Source: Mytilus trossulus (Eukaryota). From it: 64,000 nt of DNA. This document shows, piece by piece, positions 27,101 through 39,081 of this stretch. Each line of letters starts with the position of its first letter. The stretch's first letter is position 1. The notes under the pieces were generated by a model. The model saw only the letters and a list, made by a program, of their open reading frames with translations, did no database searches and had not been told where the DNA came from. The stretch is from positions 106,454,001 through 106,518,000 of the forward strand of contig NC_086373.1 in assembly GCF_036588685.1 (NCBI RefSeq). The letters are read 5' to 3'. Both the position numbers and the translations under genes were made by a program.

Positions 27101-29512
27101 CAAGGAAAATTCAAAACAAAATCTGTCACCAAATGGCAAAATCAAAAAGTCAGACACAGCAAACAAACTGATATTAAAAACTGCCATATTCCTGACTTGG
27201 TACAACAATTTCCTAATGTAGCAAAGGTGGATCTACAAATTGTCAGTGATGTAATAAAATATTACAGTAAATTGTATTTCATTTTTAATGATTTCAGTGT
27301 CAATCTTTTCAGGGACTCTCCTTGTTAAAAGATTGCAATTATTAAATAATTCGTAATAATTTAATATTTGATTGGACTATTTTTGTTTAAAGATTGCCTG
27401 AAATGCAATCAAAACCCTATGGTACTCATATAGACAGTGGCGGGAAACAATTTGGTATAATCTATGACTTAAATTCAGCAATGCATCCTGTTTCTACACA
27501 GAATATTTTAACACCAATATGTATATATATGATTGTAGGTTTTAAAAACTTTAGACCCTAGACAGAATGTAGATACTGGCCCTGAAGTCCAGGCTCTGAG
27601 GAATCAGCTCTCAGAAAAAGAGAAATATATAGAACATATGGAGGTAAGATTAATACCCTCTGATTGAGTCAGCTTTTAAGCATGGTTTAAACTTCATGAG
27701 TCAATAAACAGCTGTGTGAACACTTATTATCAATCTGTTTTTTTACTAGACACAAGAAAACAACAAAAAATTATTAAATGGGAAATACAGTCTTTGCAAT
27801 GTTAAAAAGGATTATTTAGCCCAGGATAATATTACTTAATGATATGTAGGTGAAATCAACAATTCATTGACATGCAGTGTATATGCCAATTTTATTTAAG
27901 CTGACATTCATGTGATGACAGGGATTTACATAAAAATAAGAGATGTATCGTTTACATTTATGAAACAAAAGCCTATCATATAAACAGAATCTAGAGGTAA
28001 ACATCTAGACAAGTGTATCCACAATATATCAAGCTCTAAATCGCCAGTGAATTAGGAAATAAATACAACAGACTACAAAAGATATATCATTTGCATCTAA
28101 TAACCTCATTGGCAAAACATTGATAACTCAAGCCAGCACTGACTCAGAAGTACCACATCAACATAAGGCAGATTTCAACTAGTATATTGAACACTGAACT
28201 CTTCTGTACCTAAATTTACAGTAAAAATTAAAAACTCTTCTTTATATAAACTCAATCTGAAAATTATCACAATAATTAAAAGCAAGATTTGTTTTTTTAT
28301 TTACAGGAAGAAAACAAGAAATCCAGACTTATACGAGAAGAAGAAGAGAAGTATATGGTATCTTCATGGTATAATTTAGTAAGTATGCTTAAAATGTCTA
28401 TATATGACATTAAACAAATTTGACAAATAGTGGTTTTTTTTGTCTTGATTGCATAAAATGTTGCAGAATGTTGAATGCAGAAAGTATGGATGCTAAAATC
28501 ATTAATGAATATCTGTTTTGTATTAAGTATTAATAGTTTAAAAAAACAAATAAAGCCTCCTTGTCTTTTAACATCTGTAAAGTACTTGATATCAATATTG
28601 CAATGTTGGTAATTATACTATTTGCTTTGTTACATTTAAAGGGGCACTAGCTGTCAAATTCATGGTCACCAATTTGACTCAAATTCTCATAATTGATTAA
28701 TTACAATGTAAAACATTTATCCAATCTATCAAACGTTTAAAATAAACAGTTTACAAAGCATGGGGTAGATGATATGTAGGTTCGTTTCGTGTGTATTTAA
28801 ATCCAGATGCCATCTAATTAACTATCGATTTGACCTCAGATGACCATATAAGCGATGTAAACACAAATAAAGATATGAATAGGTTAAACCAGCACGTGCA
28901 ATTGGATTTTTATAGGTCTGTTTGATTTGAATTTATAGATTAAAAATATAAGTTTCTCATTGTTTTTAACCGTATAAGAATAATTTATGTGGATCGAATT
29001 AGTAATCAAATGATTTACCGTAGTTTCACTTTCATTGTTGACATTTTTTTTCTTTAAATAACCAGTTCACGTACAATGCATGCGTTGTCAGTCTCTAGCT
29101 AGGGGTTAAATTGAAGTTCACATGAATACCGGTTAGAATGATGATGACGTTTTCACTTGCAAGTGAATCAGTCAAAAATTATGTATAATCGCTTATTTCA
29201 ACAAAAATAAAGCAAATTGATTGCTAAAAGCAAATTATTATTTCATTATTCCAATTTAATTAATGATTAATCTAAAAAAAATCATACTTTATTTTTTTAT
29301 ATATATCGTAGCTAGTGCTCCTTTAAGCAAAAATAATAAGAGATATTTATTAACTGTTATTTTATTTGTAGGGCTTTCAATTACACAGACAAGCAACAGA
29401 AGAGCGACTTAACAACAGTACCAATGGCATGTCCTTCTTAGCTCGCCAACGACAAATTAATTCACGACGAACTCAGTCTATACCAAATGCTCACACGAAT
29501 TCATCTCGATGA
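9175..29512 (+). CDS. HOOK3: Hook microtubule-tethering protein / dynein activating adaptor (HOOK1/3-like, 704 aa, 21 exons)
   Basis: Exons 9175-9213, 11540-11625, 12214-12286, 13811-13861, 15002-15053, 15391-15539, 15798-15854, 16179-16262, 17296-17390, 20009-20088, 20727-20791, 21235-21318, 21795-21837, 22513-22598, 23007-23171, 23626-23768, 24698-24841, 26730-27030, 27539-27643, 28307-28378, 29372-29512; 2115 nt, all phases consistent. Hook domain motifs CDSLIIWMQTF, DLSDGVAMSQVLHQI, NWRLKVSNLKKIL, LLQLILGCAVNC; long coiled coil; EKILRLEHENKML; C-terminal YMVSSWYNLG and SFLARQRQ. It is likely co-orthologous to HOOK1/2/3; the symbol reflects best resemblance and synteny. Confidence 0.95.
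10063..10480 (+). repeat. Abundant interspersed repeat (AGATATAGGAAGATGTGG..GCCAATGAGACAACTCTCC family)
   Basis: Related copies at about 3861-3945, 12340-12520, 14439-14690 and 24265-24575, and inverted at about 3750-3858. Confidence 0.8.
12533..13679. mobile_element. Non-autonomous Tc1/mariner-pogo-type DNA transposon
   Basis: TA|CAGTGAAACCTG ... CAGGTTTCACTG|TA terminal inverted repeats with a TA TSD; no transposase ORF; lies in HOOK intron 3. Confidence 0.8.
13867..14140. repeat. 27-bp tandem repeat, about 10 copies, beginning at the HOOK exon 4 donor
   Basis: Unit TTTTTAATTGTAGATTTCTGGACGTCA. Confidence 0.95.
15167..15418. repeat. 87-bp triplication spanning the HOOK exon 6 acceptor
   Basis: TCAG|GTGAACACTGTAACAC recurs with exon-like starts at 15217, 15304 and 15391. 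Confidence 0.9.
15833..15949. repeat. 45-bp triplication spanning the HOOK exon 7 donor
   Basis: GCTGATCAG|GTGAG recurs with GT at 15855, 15900 and 15945. Confidence 0.9.
16755..17047. mobile_element. PIF/Harbinger-type MITE
   Basis: TTA|TGGTGTGTTCACAC ... GTGTGAACAAGGCA|TTA; 3-bp TTA TSD; internal AATTCG/ATTCGCAT repeats. Confidence 0.65.
17472..17676. mobile_element. MITE with TA TSD
   Basis: TA|CTATAGATTCAGAAATTATTACG..TTTATTATTG and CAATAATAAATGCACGCAATAATATCTGAATTTACAG|TA form imperfect TIRs. Confidence 0.7.
21328..21663. repeat. 41-bp tandem repeat, about 8 copies, just after the HOOK exon 12 donor
   Basis: Unit TACATTTTACACAGTTCTACTACACCTTGGTCAGTGTAACC. Confidence 0.95.
26304..26555. 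mobile_element. Tc1/mariner-pogo-type MITE with internal about 75-bp tandem repeats
   Basis: TA|CAGTGTAACCTG ... CAGGTTACACTG|TA; the internal ACCTGAGTATT..CCTGCTT..GTCCC unit repeats about 3 times; TIR is related to the 12533 element. Confidence 0.8.
28640..29322. mobile_element. Kolobok-type non-autonomous DNA transposon
   Basis: TTAA|AGGGGCACTAGCT ... AGCTAGTGCTCCT|TTAA, in the last HOOK intron, 50 bp from the acceptor. Confidence 0.8.
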
Positions 29513-32510
29513 AACTCTATAGCCTTTTAATGACATGTGCAATCTATTTATAACATACTGTATTTATACCTCATAAGAGTCAAGGTCATATATTTTTGTT
29601 TTCCCTAAGGTCATTTCATTTTTTTCATAGAATAGAAGAAACTGCATGAAACCTGCAAAGATGACCAATGCTTAGATTTGTGTCATTAACAAATATTTTA
29701 TTAGTTTTAACAAGTTATCATTAATAATATAAACATTAGGGCAAAGTTAGTTTTTTTTTGTAATGATAAACGCAACTGATGTGATTGAATGTCTGTCAAT
29801 CACAGAGAACACTATTGTAATTTTAATTGGTATAACCAAAAATATTATACCGTCATAAGATATAGTTTTTAAAAGATATTAAAATGATAATGTCTATTTA
29901 AGTCTTAGATACTTTTTAAGGAAACATCAACATTGAATGATATTGTGTCAGTTTTTTTAAACCCATTTTTTTCTTCATTTGTATGTCATCTGTTATGTAT
30001 GTCAGATTTTGCTGTGATTTGTTTATACTAAACTGTTGTGAAAGTAAAAATATCATTATACATAGATTTATTTTTCAAATATTTCTCAAAATTCTTCAAA
30101 TGTTCATTTGGAAGAAATGAACAGAAGGAAGTTAGCCTCTTATAGTTAGCTATTACGCTTTCTCTATAACTATTTGATAGGTGAAAAGTGTAGAAAATAT
30201 TCAATTTCAACTTTAAAAAAAAAGTAAATATTTGTATTCTCTGGTTTTGGTGTTTGTAATGTTTGATTTAGAATATTATTCATCCTTATTTGTCAGTTTT
30301 GTTTATATGTATCAACTATTATTCAATCCATAGTAGTCAAGTGTTAATTCATATGTAGCTAGAATCTGCCTTAATTATATCTTTTACAATATCTTAATTT
30401 TGAACAACAATCCTAATCTTAAATTGTATGGAAAGTATTTTATGATAAAAATTCGTTTGATATATGCTATGTGTTTTAAGTGAAAAGTTAAGCTCCATTA
30501 TTGTCACTTATGTAACTAAAAAGACAAGACACACATTTTAAATACTCAGTTTAACTAAGCAAATGTTTAAGTATTAGCCAAGATATGAATAAAAAGGTTT
30601 TTATTTGTCAAAGTGTGTAATATATTTATAATGATATTCAATAACTGTGATTTGCATATTTGTGATATGGACGAGAGAGAGATATACATATATAAAACTA
30701 TAACTGCCATCACTGTAAATAGATTTTCTCTAGTCATAAAATATCAAAATGGTTGTATAGACAAGGGTTTATGTTGTCCTAGTAGCATATTAATTAGAAT
30801 TTTGCTGATATATATTTCTATATTTAACTTCAAAACTTATTATTTTATTTTAGAAAACATATTTTTGTAGTCAATTCGTCTGTGCCAACTTTGCCTCATT
30901 TACGAAAGTCACATAGGTATGCTTTTTAATTACAGAATACCTTGCCTCTCCAGTATGATAGGAAAAACTAAACATTTACTCATTTTCACAGAAACTGGCA
31001 TGTACTTTTTGTAAATATTTTAATAACAATGACTTACCAGTAGATATGTTTTTGATATTCATAAAGACATATTTATTATATCAGATACTTTCTGTTATAT
31101 AGTTCATGTAGCAGATCCAAATAAATTCACAAATATTGTACAAGTAGAAGATCCAAATAAAATTTCTAAAAATGTAGCACATGTAGCAAATAATTTTTAA
31201 TTAAAAGTAGAAATGTCAGTGACATATGTTTTTTGTTAAATATATAAAAAAAAGATGTTTTGTTACTCAAGGACCATTTTTAATAATGATGTCGCTAATT
31301 TTTTTGAGTATTGATACATTATTAATACACTCATGATAACATTGTGTTGTATACATAAGGATGAATCTCGAGTAGATGTATTTATTTTGTCGTTTTGTAT
31401 ATACACATAGATCATATCCAACTTATAACAAATGGCTTATATTGTAAATAACTAAAAACATTTATAATCATATTACTAACACACTTATCAGTATAGAAAA
31501 CAATGCATTTGATATATTTACTAACTGCCACTATAAAAGACTGTATTTATCCCATGCTTATATTTATTTAACCCCACTTAGTGCAATGGAATGATAAATT
31601 ATCAAAGTTTCATTGAATTCATCTGTCCATTTGCACTGTATTTTAAGCAACTGCTCTAAAATCCAGTGATCTGAATTTTCAATAAATATTCAATATCTGT
31701 GTATCACATACTTTTCTACATTGAGCATTCCCCTAAGCAAATCGTTGACTTTTCGACATCATTTTATATATGGGTATACAACTCTCCTTAGGAGTGATTC
31801 CCTGTTTTTATAGTCAAAGGGCCAATTGCATATTAAAAAAAATTCAAATCAGATATAATTGATATACATCTAAAAACATCCAAATTTGAATTCTACCACA
31901 TTTTTATCTGGCTTGAAACTTCATATCTATTTATGAAGTTATGTCTTTAGTCACAGTGGGAAAATGGTAAGAAAATTAATAAAGTAAATGCAATGCTACA
32001 GTTAAACAAGTTTGTTGATGCTAAGTATATGAGTATGAGCATACTCATGCAGTAAAACTTATATGATTTTGACAATATTTTTCCGAAAAAGGGCATCAAC
32101 TTTTAAGTTGTATCAAAATGACCGAAATTAGGTGAAAAAAAATCCTGATCTTTGCTTCAGTGTAATGTGTAATAAGTTAAAAGGACATTATTTGCTTATT
32201 TAAATTCCATCAGTTTATTTTTGATAATTCAATTGGTTCTATCATAGAGGTCAATTGTTTGAATAAAATTTTAGATTTTAAAATGTCTTGATTTGTCATC
32301 CATGAGATTTGCAAGAAAACAATATATTCTTTTAAACATTGTGTTTCTTTGTTAAAATATTTTAAACAAACTCTTTCTAATGCAACGTTGACAGTTTTGT
32401 AGAAATATAATTTTTTTAGAAAAAATATTTTTTTTGCGGGAATTTGCCCCAAAGAGGGTCATTAGATGCAAAAAGCGTCAATTTTGCCGATTTTTCACCC
32501 CTTCTCTTAA

Positions 32511-33074
32511 CCCAGAAGGCCCAGGGTTGCTGGTTAAGGTATCCAGCTGTAGCCTACGTGTGGAGTGGACCCTTGTGAACAAATTGACCCCAACAGTTGT
32601 TAGATCGGAGTGAATCTGATCTTGATTCATCAGTCTACAGAAGGTCATTTGGACCCAAAATACCGAATTTCACGATTTTTGCCGATTTTGGACTTCGAAT
32701 GGACCCAAAACCGGAAGTAGTTGTTTCCTATGCGTATTTCAATAATAATAATGATCAGAAGTTATATGGCCGTGAGTTTGCACTATCTTTGCCAGTTTTA
32801 TGCCTCTGAACTCCTTGTGTAAGATACAGATGTGAAGCCTACCCCTCCAGAAAACCGAGTTTTAGCCAATTTCAATTTTCCAAGTCCGTATTTGTGCTCA
32901 AAATGCTACTTATACATGAGAAACGTGAATATGGATAGCCTCAGGTTGACGGGACATACATAACTTTCAAAATAAGTATCATAAAGTGGACTTCTAAAAG
33001 TATGGAACGCCATTGGAGCCAAATAACGGTTATTAGGGTCCACCCGTCAAAAGACGGGCACCGCATGGTAAGGG
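32511..33074. mobile_element. Possible piggyBac-type element fragment
   Basis: TTAA|CCC ... GGG|TTAA with a GC-richer interior and a subterminal hairpin CCCGTCAAAAGACGGG. The TIRs do not match beyond CCC, so the left end is uncertain. Confidence 0.4.
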
Positions 33075-34149
33075 TTAAGGAAATGTCATTTAGATGAGTC
33101 ACCATTTCTTCCCGAAAATGAAATTAGAAATAGATATTTTTTTTAGGATTTATAGGAACAATTTTGTTATACTGGTTATTTTAAAAAAATGTTTATCCCA
33201 GGAATGTTGATGGCATTATTTTTATATCTTTTCTTTAGCATTTTATTATAAAGTAGAACATAAATAAACTCATCATAGATACCAGATAAATTCTAAGGAA
33301 AATATACTAACCAAACTAGATTTAGAGCAAATGAACATAATATGCTGTAGACATCTGTGAATTGTATGAAAACAAAACTTATCTTAATTCATGAATCATA
33401 TTGTACCTTTAGGTTTATTTACATGTGTTCAATAACAAATTTGTGCTTTATCTGCATTTTATATGTGCTATATTAATATTCTAATCACTTTTAAATACGC
33501 TGCTTTCACTTATAATGTCCAGTGCTTTATGATATGGATGTGTGTGGTCATTGTTGACAGAGACCACAATAGTATAGGGGTCAGGGACTGAGACTTTGGA
33601 GGGACACTGTCAATCACTCCCAAGTAAAGTTAGATTTACCTGTGGAATCCTCTTTCAGTTTGCTCACTAAATGGCAATAAATCTCTCACTTTTCTGTGTT
33701 CAGGACATAGAAAGGGTATTTGTTTTGCACATTTTAGAACGCATTATTAATTTAGTTACCATTATTGAAGTGAATTTAGATGAATGATTTGACTATAAAT
33801 GGGAAAGGACTATTTTATATTGTATTTTAATACAAATGTCAATTGTTATAATAAACCAGTTTTTATGAATATTACTTTGTTGTTATGGATTGGTCCGATC
33901 TTAATGAGTTGTAATGCTGTCATTTAACTATCTCTTGACCAAATATATTTAAACTCAGATAATTAAAACATTGGTTACTTTAGTTTTCAAGCTCCCTTTA
34001 GTTTTTTAACAACACCCTGTAATACATTGCAGTGCATTCCAAACTTCTGGTTGTAAGTTTTCTTGTTGAAAAACATCTTTAAAAAAGTACTATCAGTACA
34101 GAAAAACCAGTATGACTTGTTTCAACATCACAATTTACAATATTGATGA

Positions 34150-36080
34150 ACCTACTCTTCTCAAAGGTATCATCAGCTGATTAAGGGAAACTATTGTCTT
34201 TGAGGATAACATTAGCTAGTACAGGTGTACTCAATGTTCATTGAGCTCATCATTAGATAGTGCTAGGGACGTTATTTCTTCTTTTCCCAGTCACAATAAA
34301 CTGACCACTCATTTGACCAAAAGTACAGGAAAAGTGGATATAATATACCGAAAAATCAGTAAATATGTACTTACATCTATATACACCAAATACCGGTATC
34401 CTGCTGTCTAGTTGGCATATGACATTATCTAGGAGATGGGGTTCATTGTGTCCCTAAAGCCCATTATGATTCCGCTTCATATTCTAGTAATTTGTTCCAT
34501 TCACTTGTTGTTCTCGGTAAGAAGGCATGATATTAGATGTCTCTTCTGAGTTTAGCTTGCCTTTAATTTGTTATTTTTGGTCCTACTGTTACCTTGTGCA
34601 TTGGGCTGGATATATGATAAACAACTATTGTTTGAACTTATGAGACAGCACCAAACTCTGTTCCCAACACCTTTGCTGGAGCTATTACCACTGAAGTTGG
34701 TCTAAATGCTGCTTCACATCTTAGAGTGTTTGCTTGATAGAAGCTATAGACAAAGTATCTACACTTGATCAATATCTTGTATGATGGTAATTTGAAGTGG
34801 GTCTTATACTAGAGAAGCTTATTCTAGGTTCGGTCTTACTAGGGTGGAATATTTACTGTAGTACACTAGCCCAAATTTCTCCTCAAGAAGCCAGGTGTCT
34901 TTTAAGTTAAGTCGATGGTCTGGTTGATGTGTTTTGGCCTATTCAGGTCTTTGTTAGCCAAAGGTTATTCCCGATGTTTATTATTTCTAAATTTAGGAGA
35001 TAACTGTATTGTATTTTAAGCTCCGACGGCATCAATTGGGGATTTGATGATCGCAGATTAAGTTTACTGGCGACGCGTTAGCGGAGACAGTAAACGGGTA
35101 TTTGTGACCATCAAATCCAAAATTGATGCCGTCGGAGCTTAAAATACAATATTGTTATCTCCATTCTAATGAAACTGACAGAAAACAACGTTAAAACATG
35201 TATTTAAAATCTGTCAAATGCCGTCTGCGCTTGCGCGTTCGTCCCATAACATAAATTGTCAATTGATGCCATGTAAGAAAGTGGCGTTATCCAATCAAAA
35301 TGAACGTTACAAACGCTGTTGCATTAGAATGTGTCAATGTATAGTAGGACATTGGGTGTTGATGTTGATGTGAGACGCAGATAAATACTCTTTCCTGGCT
35401 GGAAACACATTAGCCACTTCCATTCTCATTCTTTAAACGAGACTAGACATTTTTTGCATCAATGTGAGGATCAGTTTACAGTCATTGGCAGGCAGTGAAG
35501 CGGATAATGGTGCTTCTGGAAAATTGTTAGTTTAAGCCCCATCTCATAAGAAACCACCTATCACAGTATCTGGGGTATTCATGAAACCACACCAAGAGGG
35601 TCAGACTTGTGATTTTCACGGATCTTTTGTCGGATAGTTATTGCTTATCCATGCGAGTCATTCGATTGAATAGCTATGACTCCATAGAAGTCAATAATTT
35701 TTAAGAAGTTGGGCATGTGCTACCTTATCACAGGCCTTGGTAAAATCTAGCAGAATGATGACTATGTCATGTATAGTTATTAGCAGCTTGAAAATGATCG
35801 CTTTGTTCTGAACCCTTCTTGTTTATTGCAGACTAGTAGTATCTTGTTTCAGTCGAAGTGCACTTAACTGAACTGCAGACTGTGTGCTGTAGTAGCTTAC
35901 ATGTAATTGATGTCGAGGAGCTTTTTGACGAATCTTTTTCACCTTTCTTATAATCTGGGACGATGGTGCATGTGCTCCAACCTACAGTTATGAATCGATC
36001 GATTGGCAGTTGGAATAGTTTAGTTGGGTTAGCTGTAGTATTCTTTGAAATTGGCTTGGGTGTTATTCCTGAGATTACCA
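34150..36080 (-). mobile_element. Decayed LINE (CR1/L2-like) reverse transcriptase relic
   Basis: Minus-strand frames give frameshifted RT motifs: W..CTIVPDYKKGEK..TSITCKLLQHTVCS, GFRTKRS, LLITIHDI, IILLDFTKACDKVAH. Boundaries are approximate; the relic is interrupted at 34997-35330. Confidence 0.7.
34997..35330. mobile_element. Hairpin-type interspersed element nested in the LINE relic
   Basis: GGAGATAACTGTATTGTATTTTAAGCTCCGACGGCATCAATT at about 34997 and its reverse complement ending at about 35162; a second inverted pair ATTCTAATG/CATTAGAAT (35163-35330). Confidence 0.6.
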
Positions 36081-38115
36081 CTAGCTAGTGATGATATCTG
36101 AATACTCCTTCCTGTGGTTATTACCAACTAGTGCGTGTGGACCAAATATTCCCGAATGTTTCATCATCTGTGTTAGAACTTTCTGAAAGAACCATTTGCT
36201 ACTGATATTCCTCCCGGTGTCACTATCAACTAGGGCGGTTGGGCTCAATGGTACCGAGGATATCATTAGCTAGTGCAGATGGAATTCTGAGAAAATCATC
36301 AGCTGTTGCTGCTGGGCTTTCACGAGAATATCATTAATAAATATTTGGGGTCTGATATCATCAGTTAGTTGATGGGCATCTGCAGAGTATCGGGAGCCAG
36401 TGCTGGCGGAATAACTGTTCTAGAGATTATCGTCAGCTATCTGTTCGTGGTATAATCACCAGTAAGTGTAAGTAGGCTTACTTTTCCTAAGTGCATACTC
36501 ATCTTGTGCTGGTGGACGTGCTGCTCCAGAAGATATCATCAGCATGCCCTTTTTACTTTTCTTTATTGGCGCTGACAAGTTATTCGGTGGCCGAGCAATC
36601 TGATATATGACCAACACGTTCGAGCAAATATGACTGACACTCCATACCAAAAGAATATTAATCCAGTGAAATTTTAATCCCGTTGCTTGATTTTGAGTGA
36701 ACACTTGTTGTAATCTATTTATATGTTTAAAGTTTGGGAAATGATAACATCATCAACATAGATTAAGCAAATGTTCATGTAAAGGTATTAATCTATCCAC
36801 AAAATGATCTGCTGACACTATGCTGAACTGTTGAACAAAACAAATGACATAAGAATACATTTGTTTAATCCAAACGGACCAACAAGTAAACGCAAGTGAC
36901 TCTTATATTTAATGCCCCTCGGTTTTGGTTTGTTGCCCCTATTTTGTTTTTTGTCCATGGATTTATGAGTTTTGAACAGCGGTATACTTCTGTTGCCTTT
37001 ATTTGTCACTCGATATCAATATACATCTGCTGGTAACCGCTTTTTAAATCGATGACACTGAAATAATCTTTTCTCTGAATGAATCGAGTAATTAATCGAT
37101 CTTCTAATTAATCTTGGAGAGCACGAATCTTTTCGTATACACCGCTTGAGTTTATAAAAACAAACTATTCACAGATTATCTTATTTTTTCCTACCTTAAA
37201 CTATTTTTTAATACCATGAGAACTAAGAAATCCATCTGTAAGTATTTTTAAAGATAATAAATGACGTCTTGTTTAATTGAAGATGGTATTTTTCTATGAA
37301 CTCTTGTCTATAACATGTATCTGATGTTTCACTGATTTCACTGATGTTGTATGGTAAATATCAAGCGTCAATTGTATAAAAGAGGATAAAAATATACAGG
37401 CTTTCTCTGACTTTATTTGTTGTTTCACGGGTTTGTGGAAATTTTAATGTCACGAATGAAGCTGGGTTTTTTGTAGTAACTGGACATTTACTGGCTGAAA
37501 CTGTTATGTAGTTCAGTTTTTTTTATCAGGACGACTTCAGAGATGAATCAAAGTCGTCGCATAACGGAACAGACAGTCTTTTGAAGGTATAACAGCACAC
37601 TGTCGGTGAATATGTAGCTTTTTATGGTAATATCTCTTTATTGCAACTAAGCTTTTGGGGTTATCATAACCATTAGCGTCTACACTTCTGACTCAAGTCA
37701 TATCTGATGTTACATCGATTCAAAACAGTTGAACCGCAAAATCAATGCGAATTTGAAGAGCAATATTAAAACTTAAACCTATGTAGTCACAGCTGAGTTG
37801 GAGAAATTTTTTTTTGTAAGGAGCAAACCCATGTTTATAAATACCTAATAGTATAACAAGCATATTGTATAAACTGAGATATGTAAAAAGTAAAATAACA
37901 AAATTACCGAACTTCAATATCATGCGATGCATCATAGGTATGATATAGAATACATAGACGACAGTGCAGTTGTTCTTTAAACATTGTGCTTTACAAGCAA
38001 ATGATGCTTTGACAACAGGATAATTTCTGGTCTTCAGTTTACACAAAAAATACTTTGAATTGTTCAGTAAAGAATTGAAATTAGTTATCAAAGGTACCAG
38101 GATTATAATTTAGTA

Positions 38116-38157
38116 CGCCAGACGCGCGTTTCGTCTACATAAGACTCATCAGTGACG
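38116..38157 (-). ncRNA. Minimal type I hammerhead ribozyme (intact core)
   Basis: Minus strand reads cgtca-CTGATGA-gtct(tatgt)agac-GAAA-c(gcgc)g-TC-tggcg: helix I, II, a minimal palindromic helix III and a GUC cleavage triplet. Confidence 0.8.
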
Positions 38158-39081
38158 CTCATATTAAAATATTCATAAAGCCAAACAAGTACAAAGTTGA
38201 AGAGCATTGAGGATCCGAAATTCCAAAAAGTGTGTTCTTAATAATGTGGTGTCAATGTTTCAAAACCATGGTCCCTTTGAGTAGTATTACGGTTCAGCCA
38301 TCTATTGTTCCTTCTTTAATTTCATATACATTGAGTTACTAGCATTAGTGTGCCAACTTCTTAATATCATTCAGAACTTTCAGTAATACGTTAAACTTCA
38401 TGTAGTTATCTTGCCAGAATGTTTTACATTATTACTACTTAAAAGTGCATACCAATTCCTTTTACATTATATCACAGACATATCTGATGGCACCTTTTCT
38501 ATTTTCTAGTTAATATTTACTAAAATTATTAGACCACCAATATAGTGCCAGATAAATAGATAGATAATATTGGAGTGCTTTGTGTCCCGTAAGTAATCTT
38601 TATGCATCAGTTGGTATATTTAAAAATGCACTGAAATATGCCTACACTTGTAGTGTGATTTTCACGTTTGATTACCTTGTTCTATATAAAGAAGATCAAA
38701 AACTAAAATAATAACGTCTTGTATTAGTGTCTCAAGCCTTTTGAGTTATTGATTTTCATAAGAAGAACAAAGTGAACCTATTATTTTCACTTTTAAAATT
38801 CGATGACAATTGTAGCACTTATAAAGGTACATAAATCACGACGTTAGCATTGTTATATAGTTTAACTTTATTGATCGCGTATGTATTTTAACGCATTATG
38901 TTTTGAAAGGATAGTTTTTCATACCTTTTGAATGATTTGTACTGAAGAAAAATTATGTATGCAACACAACCGTTATATAGTTTAAATATTTGATTTTGTG
39001 ATTAAGCTGCTGACTTCACGGATGTGAATAAATTATCTTAGAATGATTGTGTTTGCACATGACATAATCACAGGATAAAAC

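Noticed and set aside
37217-37587. Upstream ATG exon (37217-37238) and exon-like 37530-37587 as coding exons of adaptor A
   Set aside because: Splicing them gives an immediate TGA, and the open frame of the second is out of phase with the 39082 ORF. At most they are 5'UTR exons with a uORF; unverified.
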